This document shows, piece by piece, positions 18,726-27,653 of a DNA stretch of 64,000 nt. How positions within the stretch are numbered: position 1 is the stretch's first letter; each line of letters opens with the position of its first letter. Source of the DNA: Bacteroidota bacterium (GTDB taxonomy: Bacteria > Bacteroidota > Bacteroidia > JACPRZ01). The position numbers were made by a program, and so were the translations under genes. The notes beneath the pieces are model-generated. The model ran no database searches, was not told the origin of the DNA, and was given only the letters and a program-made list of their open reading frames with translations. The DNA lies in contig JACPRZ010000012.1 in assembly GCA_016193485.1 (NCBI GenBank), forward strand, positions 33,109 through 97,108, written 5' to 3'.

Positions 18726-20585
18726 TTAATCCACTCTCTCAGGTTTATTAACCTCTTTTTTTTCTGCTTTCGGATGAATAAAATCTTCATCCAGAATATA
18801 CTTTTCCAGTTCCGGTCGCGATATGGTGTCATTCAGGTATTTTTCGATCATTAAACTTGCTATGGGAGCCGCCCATGTGCCACCGAAGCCGGAATTTTCA
18901 ACAACAACCGAAATCGCTATCTGCGGGGTATCCTTGGGAGCAAAGGCGATAAACACCGAATGATCTTCGCCATGCGGATTTTGTGCAGTGCCTGTTTTGC
19001 CGCAAATGGAAACATCTTTCAGTTTTGCTCTTGTTGCCGTACCGCTCTGAACCACTTTTTCCATTGCATCAACCAGCGGCTCAAAGTGCTCCGGGTTGAT
19101 GGTGGTAAGATTTCGGACGGTAAAATGGGGAAGGACCATTTTATGTTCGCCAAAACCTTTGATCAGGTGAGGAAGGTAATAAAATCCGCGGTTGGCAATG
19201 ATAGCGGTAATATTCGCCATTTGCAGCGGTACGATCATGATTTCACCCTGGCCGATGCCCAGTGAATAGATGGTATAGAAATTCCATCTGTTTTTTCCGT
19301 ATACCTTGTTGTAGTAGATTGAAGTGGGAATATACCCCCCCTTTTCGTTGGGGATATCTATTCCAAGACGGCTGCCAAGCCCGAAACTTATTACATGCCT
19401 GCGCCACGCGTTCAAACCCTGTTCTGAAGTACCCCCCTCTCCTTTTGCCAATTCTAGGGTTGCGCCACCGTAAAGAATTTTTTTGAAGACCATATAATAA
19501 AACGGATTGCAGGAATGTTGTACGGAACCATCCAGGTCAAGAGGAGAAGGATGATTGTGGCAATTTACCAGCGATTTGTTACAAGGCAGAACGGTATTCC
19601 AGGTAAGAACTTCATCCTGCAGCCCCACCAGACATTCCACTATTTTGAAAATAGAACCGGGCGGATACATTGCCATAAGCGCGCGGTTAAATAGCGGGTT
19701 AAGCGAATCGGTAAGCAGTTTTTTGTAATTGGCCGACCTCACCCGTCCCACCAGCAGGTTGGGATCGTATGTCGGGCTTGTGACCAGCGCCAGCACTTCA
19801 CCGGTTGCCGGTTCAATTGCCGCAATACTCCCGATTTTATTCTGCATCAGTTTTTCACCGTATTCCTGCAGGGATGACGATAGGGTACTCACCACATTTA
19901 AACCGGGAACCGGAAGAGTATCGTACAATCCGTTCAGGTAACTTCCGACAATACGGTTATGGACATCCACGACAAAAATTTTTACTCCCCGTTTGCCTCT
20001 GAGTATATCCTCGTACGACTGTTCCAACCCCCCCATGCCGATGTAGTCACCTGACCTGTAATACGAATTTTTTTTGATGGTATTTTCATCCACTTCACTG
20101 ATATATCCCACTGCATTAGCAGCAATATTTTTCGGATATTTCCTCATGGTGCGCACCTGCACGAAAAAACCCGGGAACTGGTACATGCGCTCCAGGAAGG
20201 CACCGTAAATTTCAGCCGACAGTTGTTTCAGAAAAACCGATGCCTTTAAGGATGAATATTTTCTCGCTTCTTTTATTTTTGAGATGAATTCTTCTTTTGA
20301 AATGGCGAGCAGGGTGCAGAGGTCTGCCGTGTCAATATTCTTCACCTGCCGGGGAATGACCATTAGGTCATAAGCCGGCTGGTTATAGACGAGAAGTTCA
20401 CCGTTGCGGTCATAAATCAGTCCGCGGGAAGGATATGCGGTCACATAGCGCAACACATTATTGCTTGCCGAGATGCGGTAACTGCGGTCTATTATCTGGA
20501 TGTAAAACAACCTGCCGAGGAAAATCATCGCCACGAAAGCGAAGAGAATGAGAAAAACATACCTGCGGTCGGCAAAAGGATTCAT
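18726..20585 (-). CDS. mrdA: Penicillin-binding protein 2
   Basis: RGLIYDRNG, YPPGSIFK (SxxK), SCN (SxN) and KTGTAQ. Confidence 0.93.
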   Translation of the reverse strand: MNPFADRRYVFLILFAFVAMIFLGRLFYIQIIDRSYRISASNNVLRYVTAYPSRGLIYDRNGELLVYNQPAYDLMVIPRQVKNIDTADLCTLLAISKEEFISKIKEARKYSSLKASVFLKQLSAEIYGAFLERMYQFPGFFVQVRTMRKYPKNIAANAVGYISEVDENTIKKNSYYRSGDYIGMGGLEQSYEDILRGKRGVKIFVVDVHNRIVGSYLNGLYDTLPVPGLNVVSTLSSSLQEYGEKLMQNKIGSIAAIEPATGEVLALVTSPTYDPNLLVGRVRSANYKKLLTDSLNPLFNRALMAMYPPGSIFKIVECLVGLQDEVLTWNTVLPCNKSLVNCHNHPSPLDLDGSVQHSCNPFYYMVFKKILYGGATLELAKGEGGTSEQGLNAWRRHVISFGLGSRLGIDIPNEKGGYIPTSIYYNKVYGKNRWNFYTIYSLGIGQGEIMIVPLQMANITAIIANRGFYYLPHLIKGFGEHKMVLPHFTVRNLTTINPEHFEPLVDAMEKVVQSGTATRAKLKDVSICGKTGTAQNPHGEDHSVFIAFAPKDTPQIAISVVVENSGFGGTWAAPIASLMIEKYLNDTISRPELEKYILDEDFIHPKAEKKEVNKPERVD

Positions 20586-20765
20586 GGAAAGAGCCGGAAA
20601 AAAGATTCAGCCAGGCGGATTCGCCTGGCGATTCAACAACTACAAACCTATATTTTGTAAGCAAAGGTAGAAAGATTAAGAAGGAGATTGTTTTTTAAGA
20701 AATGTGTGAAGAATGAAATTGAAAATTGTCCTACAGGAAATCCCTCCGGAAAGTAAAAATTACAG

Positions 20766-22052
20766 TCACAAATCACTATACACCATCGTCAGTTTCATCT
20801 TCTTGCCGTCCATCACCCCCCTGCTGGCATTATTCATGCTGCCGCTTGCCTCATTGCTGCTGGCTACAAAGAGGTAAAGCCCGGAGTCGGAGATATCACC
20901 GTTGAGTTTCTGCTGGAGGTATCGGGTGATTGAGAAAGTATAGGTGCGGACTGAGGAATTGTACTGCCCGCCAAAATATGCCTCACCTTCAAGGACATCG
21001 GCAAGGAGTTGTGTCGTGCCGTCTTCTTTTACCGATGCAAGAAAAAGTTTTGCAGGGGGGGGATATTGGAGGGATCCGCTGTTTGCATCAATGGTTACCG
21101 AGAGTTCGGCTTTTGCCAACGCCAGCGGGTTTTTGTTTTTCCACTGGTCAAAATACGGGAACGAAAGCTTTGCTTTTACGCCAGCCATTGACTGAATGTA
21201 CAATAGTTGTTGTGACGGTGAGGTATCGGCAAGAGATGAAGCAACAGGTGTACCCGAATAATCATTAGAAAAATGATTAACCCTTGCACAAGCGGTGTTA
21301 ATGATGAAATCATAACTTGATGCTGCGGATGAAGAAGTATGATAATAAAGAGTTAATTTAACTGTCGGTGAAAGAAGATCAAAATAGAGGATGGAATTAT
21401 TTCCTGATAATGAAAAAACGCGGATTCCTTTCAGAAAAGCAAGAAAACCGGCATCATCGGCAAAACCTCCGGAACCGTTTGCCTGGAACTTCGCAATAAA
21501 CCCGGATGTTGCCGGAATACGGATATCAGCATCTGCCGATGTCAGTGAAAGTTTGGTAAAACCGATGGAATCCGGTTTAAAAGCGAAGTTCCTGTCTGAA
21601 TAATAGGATGAATCAGCGTAAATATCTTCATCAAGTTCGCTGATAATAATATTATGTGTTCCCAATGTATTTCCGTAATAACCTTTCAACGTAAAATTAA
21701 AAACAACCGAATCGGCAACAAAACCGTCACCAAAATTCACACCGGCAGTGGAGAGCCGGAACTGAGTTGAGAAATCAGCAAAAGAAAGCCCGAAAACAGG
21801 ATCATTGTAACTTCCGCTCAGGGAGTAAAGTTTTTCATCAGATTGTAATGGTTCTTCCTGAACAGTCCTGGCGAAAACGGTCGTTGTGTCGGAAACGGAA
21901 TATTGTATTTGATTTTCGCTTCCTGACGGAAGACCAATTTCAAGGGGACCGGGTTCTTTGCAGGTTTGGAGGAAGAAAAAAAATAAGCAAGACATCAGAA
22001 GTTTTAAAGACTTCTGATGTCTTATAACGGCACTTGCAAAAATTTCATTCAC
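20766..22052 (-). CDS. DUF4270-family lipoprotein
   Basis: LQTCKEP lipobox-like motif, G-YNDPVFG, YIQSMAG; conserved position after the glgA-like gene. Start uncertain (GTG 22052 or a downstream ATG). Confidence 0.65.
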   Translation of the reverse strand: MNEIFASAVIRHQKSLKLLMSCLFFFFLQTCKEPGPLEIGLPSGSENQIQYSVSDTTTVFARTVQEEPLQSDEKLYSLSGSYNDPVFGLSFADFSTQFRLSTAGVNFGDGFVADSVVFNFTLKGYYGNTLGTHNIIISELDEDIYADSSYYSDRNFAFKPDSIGFTKLSLTSADADIRIPATSGFIAKFQANGSGGFADDAGFLAFLKGIRVFSLSGNNSILYFDLLSPTVKLTLYYHTSSSAASSYDFIINTACARVNHFSNDYSGTPVASSLADTSPSQQLLYIQSMAGVKAKLSFPYFDQWKNKNPLALAKAELSVTIDANSGSLQYPPPAKLFLASVKEDGTTQLLADVLEGEAYFGGQYNSSVRTYTFSITRYLQQKLNGDISDSGLYLFVASSNEASGSMNNASRGVMDGKKMKLTMVYSDL

Positions 22053-22890
22053 CAAGCACCGCCTCGCCTTCAAGCACCTCATTGTAAAAGGTATAATAGG
22101 CATCAATAAATCCGTCTGCGGTCGGGTTTTCAAGCAGCGGTTTGTTGGTACCGGAAGAAAAACGGACAATATCCCGGTTTATTTTATCACTGACAAGGAT
22201 GATTCCATCTGACCAATTGATCGCCTCCTTGATTATGCGGGAATAAGTCGGATTCCGGTACGGTTTGATATCTTCGCCATCAAGCCCGTCCATTTTCAGT
22301 TTCAGCGGGAGATCCCTGTTCAGGGTTTCGGAAAATTCATCATTGTATACCGAATAAATAATTTTTGTTTCGGCAAACTGGGGTTCATGTACAAACGCTT
22401 TTCTTATCATTACAGGCAGCAGCGAGGTAAACCATCCGTGGCAGTGAATAATGTCGGGGATCCATTTGAGGTTTTTTACCGTTTCAACAACGCTGCGCGC
22501 ATAAAAAACCATCCGTTCATCGTTATCCGGACAAAAATTGCCGGCTTCATCATGGTACAGCGTTTTTCGCGAAAAAAATTCTTCATTGTCGGTAAAATAA
22601 ACCTGCATCCGCGTGTTGGGAATAGAGGCGACTTTAACAAACAACGGGTGGTCACCGTCATTGATAATAATATTTACCCCCGACAGGCGGATGACATCAT
22701 GTAAATTGTACTTTCGCTCGTTTATCATTCCGTACCTGGGCATAAACGCCCTGATTTCCATGTTACATTCATAGAGGAATTGTATCAACTGGCGGCTGGT
22801 TATGGAGATCTCAGATTCGGATACAAATGGAAAGATTTCCTGCGAAACGAATAATACACAGGGTTTTTGAAAATTCCGGTTCATAAGCAT
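22045..22890 (-). CDS. Glycogen/starch synthase N-terminal-domain protein (short Bacteroidota form)
   Basis: IRAFMPRYGMINER, LHDVIRLSG, DNDER and WIPDIIHCHGW; divergent from panC; TACATTTG box at 22918-22925 on the minus strand. Confidence 0.85.
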   Translation of the reverse strand: MLMNRNFQKPCVLFVSQEIFPFVSESEISITSRQLIQFLYECNMEIRAFMPRYGMINERKYNLHDVIRLSGVNIIINDGDHPLFVKVASIPNTRMQVYFTDNEEFFSRKTLYHDEAGNFCPDNDERMVFYARSVVETVKNLKWIPDIIHCHGWFTSLLPVMIRKAFVHEPQFAETKIIYSVYNDEFSETLNRDLPLKLKMDGLDGEDIKPYRNPTYSRIIKEAINWSDGIILVSDKINRDIVRFSSGTNKPLLENPTADGFIDAYYTFYNEVLEGEAVLGE

Positions 22891-22942
22891 GACAGTATTG
22901 GGTTATCAAATGGGGCGCAAATGTACGGAAAAATATTGACTT

Positions 22943-23794
22943 ATGCAATACTTCAGATTTGCCGGGGAGTGCCGGGAATATATTAAATCGCTGAAATACA
23001 GGGGAATAAAGATAGGATTTGTACCTACCATGGGAGCGCTCCATGCCGGGCACATCTCCCTTGTCAGCCAATCCAAAACGGACCACTTGGTTACCGGGTG
23101 CAGTTTATTCGTTAATCCTGATCAGTTTAATGACAAGCGGGATTTTGAAAAATATCCGCGGACGGAAAAAGAAGATGTAACCATGCTGGAGCAAAGCGGC
23201 TGCGATTTTGTTTTCATTCCGGGAGCGGATGAAATATACCCTCAGGGTACCCCGGAAAAAATTCCTTTTGATACCATACCTTTCAATAATGTTATGGAGG
23301 GTCTTTCCCGCCCCGGCCACTTCCGCGGAGTAATACGTGTGGTAAAACGGCTTTTTGAGATTGTGGAACCTGACTGCGCCTATTTCGGAGAAAAAGATTT
23401 TCAGCAACTGCTCGTAATAAAAGAAATGGTAAATAAATTAAAATTGGCGGTTCAGATTACCGGATGTCCCACGTTACGCGAACAGGACGGCATCGCCATG
23501 AGTTCCCGCAACGCAAACCTGTCTCCTGATGAGCGGAAAGCAGCGCCATTGATTTACAGGACGCTGCTGGATGCAAAGGCGAAAATTCCGGCACTTTCGG
23601 TTTTACAACTCAAAAAATGGGTCATCGGAAAAATTTCCTCCGACCCGAAATTCAGGATTGATTATTTTGAAATTGCCGGGGAAACAACCCTGGAACCGGT
23701 TGCCGGTTGGGATCATGCACAACCCTATCGTGCATTTATAGCAACATTCCTCGGCACAACACGGTTAATAGATAATTTACGATTCAGCAGTTGA
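22943..23794 (+). CDS. panC: Pantoate--beta-alanine ligase
   Basis: GFVPTMGALHAGH, FVNPDQF, RPGHF, FGEKDFQQ, AMSSRN and RLIDN. Confidence 0.96.
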   Translation: MQYFRFAGECREYIKSLKYRGIKIGFVPTMGALHAGHISLVSQSKTDHLVTGCSLFVNPDQFNDKRDFEKYPRTEKEDVTMLEQSGCDFVFIPGADEIYPQGTPEKIPFDTIPFNNVMEGLSRPGHFRGVIRVVKRLFEIVEPDCAYFGEKDFQQLLVIKEMVNKLKLAVQITGCPTLREQDGIAMSSRNANLSPDERKAAPLIYRTLLDAKAKIPALSVLQLKKWVIGKISSDPKFRIDYFEIAGETTLEPVAGWDHAQPYRAFIATFLGTTRLIDNLRFSS

Positions 23795-23821
23795 AATGAA
23801 TAATCCGAAAACTATTTCTTC

Positions 23822-24826
23822 ATGCGTAAAATAGTTATATCAATAATCCAGTTTATAGTTTCAATTTCACTGGGAGTTTTCCTTATCTGGTATGTTTACA
23901 AGGATTTAACCGGGGAACAAAGAGAGGAGATTTACCGTTCTTTTTCAGGTGCCGACTATACCTGGGTAATCTTATCCGTTATTCTCGGAATAATCAGTCA
24001 TTTTTTAAGAGCATTGCGCTGGAATTTGCTTATTGAAACTATCGGTACAAAGCCAATTCTGTTGAAAAGCACAGCCGCAGTCATGGTGGGTTACCTCGCT
24101 AACTATGCACTGCCGCGTATAGGGGAGGTAGCAAGATGCGGTGTGCTGAGCCGGTATGAAAAACTTCCTTTTGACAAACTTGTGGGTACGGTGATCATTG
24201 AACGTGCCGTGGATTTATGCATTACCCTGATCCTTACCCTGATACTTTTTATTGCTGAACTGGATGTCATCGGTAATTTTATGGCAGGATTGCTGGGCCC
24301 TTTTATAGACAAAGTACCTTCTTCATCTGCGCTTTTTTTTCTGTTCTCCGGTACAATTTTATTTTTGATTGCACTTGGATATTTCATTCTGAAACGGACA
24401 TCAGCAGGGAAAAGGGGGATCCTTTTTTTAGAGGGAATCATCCAGGGAATCCGGTCCATTACGCGTCTGAATGATAAAGGCCGGTTCATCATCTACAGCA
24501 TTCTTATCTGGTTCCTCTATTATGCGATGTTCCATATTTGCTTATTTTGCCTGCCTGAAACATCGGTGGTCCCCTTCTGGGGTGCGGTAGCCGGTTTTAT
24601 TATGGGCGGTTATGGCATCATACTGGTACAGGGAGGCATTGGCGCTTTTCCTGCACTGGTGATGGCGACATTGTCCCTTTATGGTATCCCGGGAGAATAT
24701 GGTTTTGCTTTCGGCTGGATCCTCTGGACCGCACAGACAGCGATGATCCTCGTTGCAGGAACGATTTCCATAGGATACCTGATGCTGATTTCAAAAACAA
24801 AAATTAAACAAAATGAACCGCATTGA
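23822..24826 (+). CDS. Lysylphosphatidylglycerol synthase TM / UPF0104 flippase-like protein
   Basis: RALRW, GYLANYALPRIGEVARC, ERAVD, QGGIGAF; multi-TM. Confidence 0.85.
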   Translation: MRKIVISIIQFIVSISLGVFLIWYVYKDLTGEQREEIYRSFSGADYTWVILSVILGIISHFLRALRWNLLIETIGTKPILLKSTAAVMVGYLANYALPRIGEVARCGVLSRYEKLPFDKLVGTVIIERAVDLCITLILTLILFIAELDVIGNFMAGLLGPFIDKVPSSSALFFLFSGTILFLIALGYFILKRTSAGKRGILFLEGIIQGIRSITRLNDKGRFIIYSILIWFLYYAMFHICLFCLPETSVVPFWGAVAGFIMGGYGIILVQGGIGAFPALVMATLSLYGIPGEYGFAFGWILWTAQTAMILVAGTISIGYLMLISKTKIKQNEPH

Positions 24827-25304
24827 ACCGGTAATGGCAAAAATTGCCCCTTTGGATATAGTGGAAAGGTGGGTTTCGGGCTGGAAAAAGTTCCGGTTGA
24901 AAGTTGTCTTTACCAACGGATGTTTTGACATTCTGCATGCAGGGCATATCCACCTTCTTGCAGAAGCGGCTTCTTTTGGTGATAAACTTGTTGTCGGAAT
25001 CAATTCCGATCTTTCGGTACGGAAAATAAAAGGTCCCGGCCGGCCGGTAAATGATGAACGATCGCGCGGGATGGTCATCGCTTCAGTGCAGGTTACCGAT
25101 GCCCTTCTTTTCTTTGATGACGAAACACCGTATGAAATCATAAAAAGGATTCAACCCGATGTGCTTGTAAAGGGCGGTGATTATGCCGAAAATGCAATTG
25201 TGGGCGCGGATCTGGTAAGATCATGGGGGGGGGAAGTCAGAATTGTAAAATTGCTGGACGGATTTTCAACAACAGGCATGATCGGAAAGATGAAAACTCT
25301 GTAA
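24813..25304 (+). CDS. rfaE2: D-glycero-beta-D-manno-heptose 1-phosphate adenylyltransferase (RfaE domain II)
   Basis: VFTNGCFDILHAGH, INSD-SV---KG-GRP, LVKGGDY and STT. Confidence 0.88.
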   Translation: MNRIEPVMAKIAPLDIVERWVSGWKKFRLKVVFTNGCFDILHAGHIHLLAEAASFGDKLVVGINSDLSVRKIKGPGRPVNDERSRGMVIASVQVTDALLFFDDETPYEIIKRIQPDVLVKGGDYAENAIVGADLVRSWGGEVRIVKLLDGFSTTGMIGKMKTL

Positions 25305-25313
25305 ACGTTACCA

Positions 25314-26645
25314 ATGTTCTTAACTTTGGAAAAGTTTACAGGAACTGCTGCAGCGATGTTCAATACCGGCAATCCTTTGACCTTTATTTTCGTTGCCGGG
25401 GTTTTTATTGCCGGTTGTTACGGATCTTCCAAAATCAGCAATCGTAATCTTGCCTATTTATACCGCAAGGAAATTAACCCGATTCATCCGAAAGCGGTTA
25501 TCTATCATCTCTCCGACTCTGCCAGCCGTATCTTTCTTTCCATTGAATCAAAAGAACTGCTGTTCAGAAGGGAATATTCCGCTGAGGAATTCACAGCGGA
25601 GTTCAATGTTACGTATAAAGCATACCCATCACCCGAAGCACAGGTGATCATCGACAGCGGCACAATCAGGGTGGTGCATGCTTCAGAATTGAACATGAAT
25701 TCACGTGAACTCAGGCAGGAAAAAATTATCGCAATGGCCGATCTTAAACTGCGCAGGCCCGTAAAGTGCGTACTTGAAATTTCAGTGACCGACCTGAACC
25801 GGAATCAGGAATCTTCCGTGTATATGACGGTGGATAAAGAGAGTGCCTTTTCAAGGGAAAATTTCAGAGTAAACTCGGCCGTGAGCGGGGAACCGCTTTT
25901 CAGAAATCAGATTACTCCCGGTGAAGCAATAGCGGTAAAGTTTCCCGCAATGAAACAGGGTAAAGGAATAGTTTATTATTACAGCCGGAAGTTTCAACTT
26001 CCACACCCCCCTTTTTCCGTACACGGTTCACCTCCTTTTGAATATCGGCCCGATTCGGTTTTTTCTCTTGATCCCGACAGCCAGAACATGGTTTACCCCA
26101 GGTTAGTCCGCCCTGGTTTTTACCATTTTATAGCCGATACGACCCAAAGGGAAGGGCTTACCCTTTACCGCTTCAGCGATGAGTTCCCGCAATGCACATC
26201 ACCGGAACAACTCCTTGAAGCGATACGTTATTTCACCACGCGCCAGGAGTATAATGAACTGATGCTTGAAGCGGGAAAAAAAAAGGCGCTCGATAATTTC
26301 TGGTTGAAAATTGGCGGAAGCCAGGAACGGGCGAGGTCCCTTATCAAAAGTTATTATTCTCGCGTCCAGGATGCCAATGAATTATTTACCGCACATGCGG
26401 AAGGATGGAAAACCGACCGGGGAATGATTTACATTATTTTCGGACCGCCCGATGCCGTATACCGCTCCCTTAACACCGAGAGTTGGGTGTACGGTGAAGA
26501 GGGCTCTTTCCTCTCTTTTAATTTTCTTTTTGTAAAAGTTAAGAATCCTTTTTCCGCTAATGATTACCAGTTGCAACGAAGCCCGGTGTATAAAAATACG
26601 TGGTACAGAGCGGTGGAAGCGTGGAGGCAGGGAGTAGTGTATTAA
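25314..26645 (+). CDS. GWxTD-domain lipoprotein
   Basis: IAGC lipobox; YYSRVQDAN...EGWKTDRGMIYIIFGPP. Confidence 0.85.
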   Translation: MFLTLEKFTGTAAAMFNTGNPLTFIFVAGVFIAGCYGSSKISNRNLAYLYRKEINPIHPKAVIYHLSDSASRIFLSIESKELLFRREYSAEEFTAEFNVTYKAYPSPEAQVIIDSGTIRVVHASELNMNSRELRQEKIIAMADLKLRRPVKCVLEISVTDLNRNQESSVYMTVDKESAFSRENFRVNSAVSGEPLFRNQITPGEAIAVKFPAMKQGKGIVYYYSRKFQLPHPPFSVHGSPPFEYRPDSVFSLDPDSQNMVYPRLVRPGFYHFIADTTQREGLTLYRFSDEFPQCTSPEQLLEAIRYFTTRQEYNELMLEAGKKKALDNFWLKIGGSQERARSLIKSYYSRVQDANELFTAHAEGWKTDRGMIYIIFGPPDAVYRSLNTESWVYGEEGSFLSFNFLFVKVKNPFSANDYQLQRSPVYKNTWYRAVEAWRQGVVY

Positions 26646-26656
26646 AGAAAAGAAAT

Positions 26657-27406
26657 ATGGATGACCTGCAATATATTTACGGTATCCGCCCGGTTCTTGA
26701 ATCGGTTCAGGGCGGAATGGATATTCAGAAAATTTATCTTTCACGGAAAGTGAAAGGAGAGTTGATCACCGAGATTAAGAAACTGGCGCGGGAGAGGGAA
26801 ATAGGGGTACAGGAGGTTCCGGAAGAAGTGTTCCGGAAGTTCAGGGGCAAAATCCACCAGGGGGTCGTTGCGTTGATTTCACCGGTAATATACCAGGATA
26901 TTGGAAAATATCTGCCCCAGTTATTTGAAAAGGGAATTATCCCCCTTGTGGTTGTTCTTGACCGCATCACCGATGTCCGGAATTTCGGAGCCATCATCCG
27001 CACGGCAGAATGTATGGGCGCTCATGCCGTTGTGGTTCCGTCAAAAGAAACGGCACAGATCAATGCCGATGCGGTTAAGGCCTCTGCTGGCGCCCTTTTC
27101 AGGATACCGGTTTGCAGGGCATCCGATTTATTTATAGCCACGCGGATACTTAAAGACAGCGGATTACAGATTGTTTCCTGTTCCGAAAAGGCCGGTAAAA
27201 CTTTTTATGATGTCGATTTCGGATTACCCACCGCAATTCTTTTTGGTTCGGAAGAATCGGGATTACTGCCGGCACTGGTTAAAATTTCCGATCACCACGT
27301 GAAAATCCCCATGGCAGGCCATATCGCATCGCTGAATGTATCGGTTGCGGCCGGAATCGTTTTGTTTGAAGCGATGAGGCAGCGGGAAGCAATGGGCGAG
27401 AAGTGA
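26657..27406 (+). CDS. rlmB: 23S rRNA (guanosine-2251-2'-O)-methyltransferase
   Basis: IYGIRPVLE, HQGVVA, DRITDVRNFGAIIR, GSEE-G and SLNVSVA. Start at ATG 26657. Confidence 0.9.
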   Translation: MDDLQYIYGIRPVLESVQGGMDIQKIYLSRKVKGELITEIKKLAREREIGVQEVPEEVFRKFRGKIHQGVVALISPVIYQDIGKYLPQLFEKGIIPLVVVLDRITDVRNFGAIIRTAECMGAHAVVVPSKETAQINADAVKASAGALFRIPVCRASDLFIATRILKDSGLQIVSCSEKAGKTFYDVDFGLPTAILFGSEESGLLPALVKISDHHVKIPMAGHIASLNVSVAAGIVLFEAMRQREAMGEK

Positions 27407-27416
27407 AAATGATACG

Positions 27417-27606
27417 AATCCCGATAACTATCGGATTTATGTTGCTACCTATAAAATCAATAGTCCGGTACTTTTTTATCTCTCCCCGCAATAGCGGGGC
27501 AAAGTTCGCAAGGTTTTAAAATTTAATTCTTTGCGTGCTTGGCGACCCTGCCTGCCGGCAGGCAGGGTCGCGAGAAATGAATTTTTATCCCGATAATTAT
27601 CGGGAT
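27417..27606. repeat. Cluster of REP-like palindromes
   Basis: CCGATA-AC-TATCGG near 27421; CCCCGC-AATA-GCGGGG at 27484; perfect 30-bp palindrome at 27542-27571; perfect 20-bp palindrome ATCCCGATAATTATCGGGAT at 27587-27606. Confidence 0.8.
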
Positions 27607-27653
27607 TGATTTTTAAATACATAAAAATTTTTACCGGAGTATTGTAAAATGCA

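Noticed and set aside
19425..19455. Possible REP remnant in mrdA (LAKGEGG)
   Set aside because: No convincing inverted repeat in the DNA.
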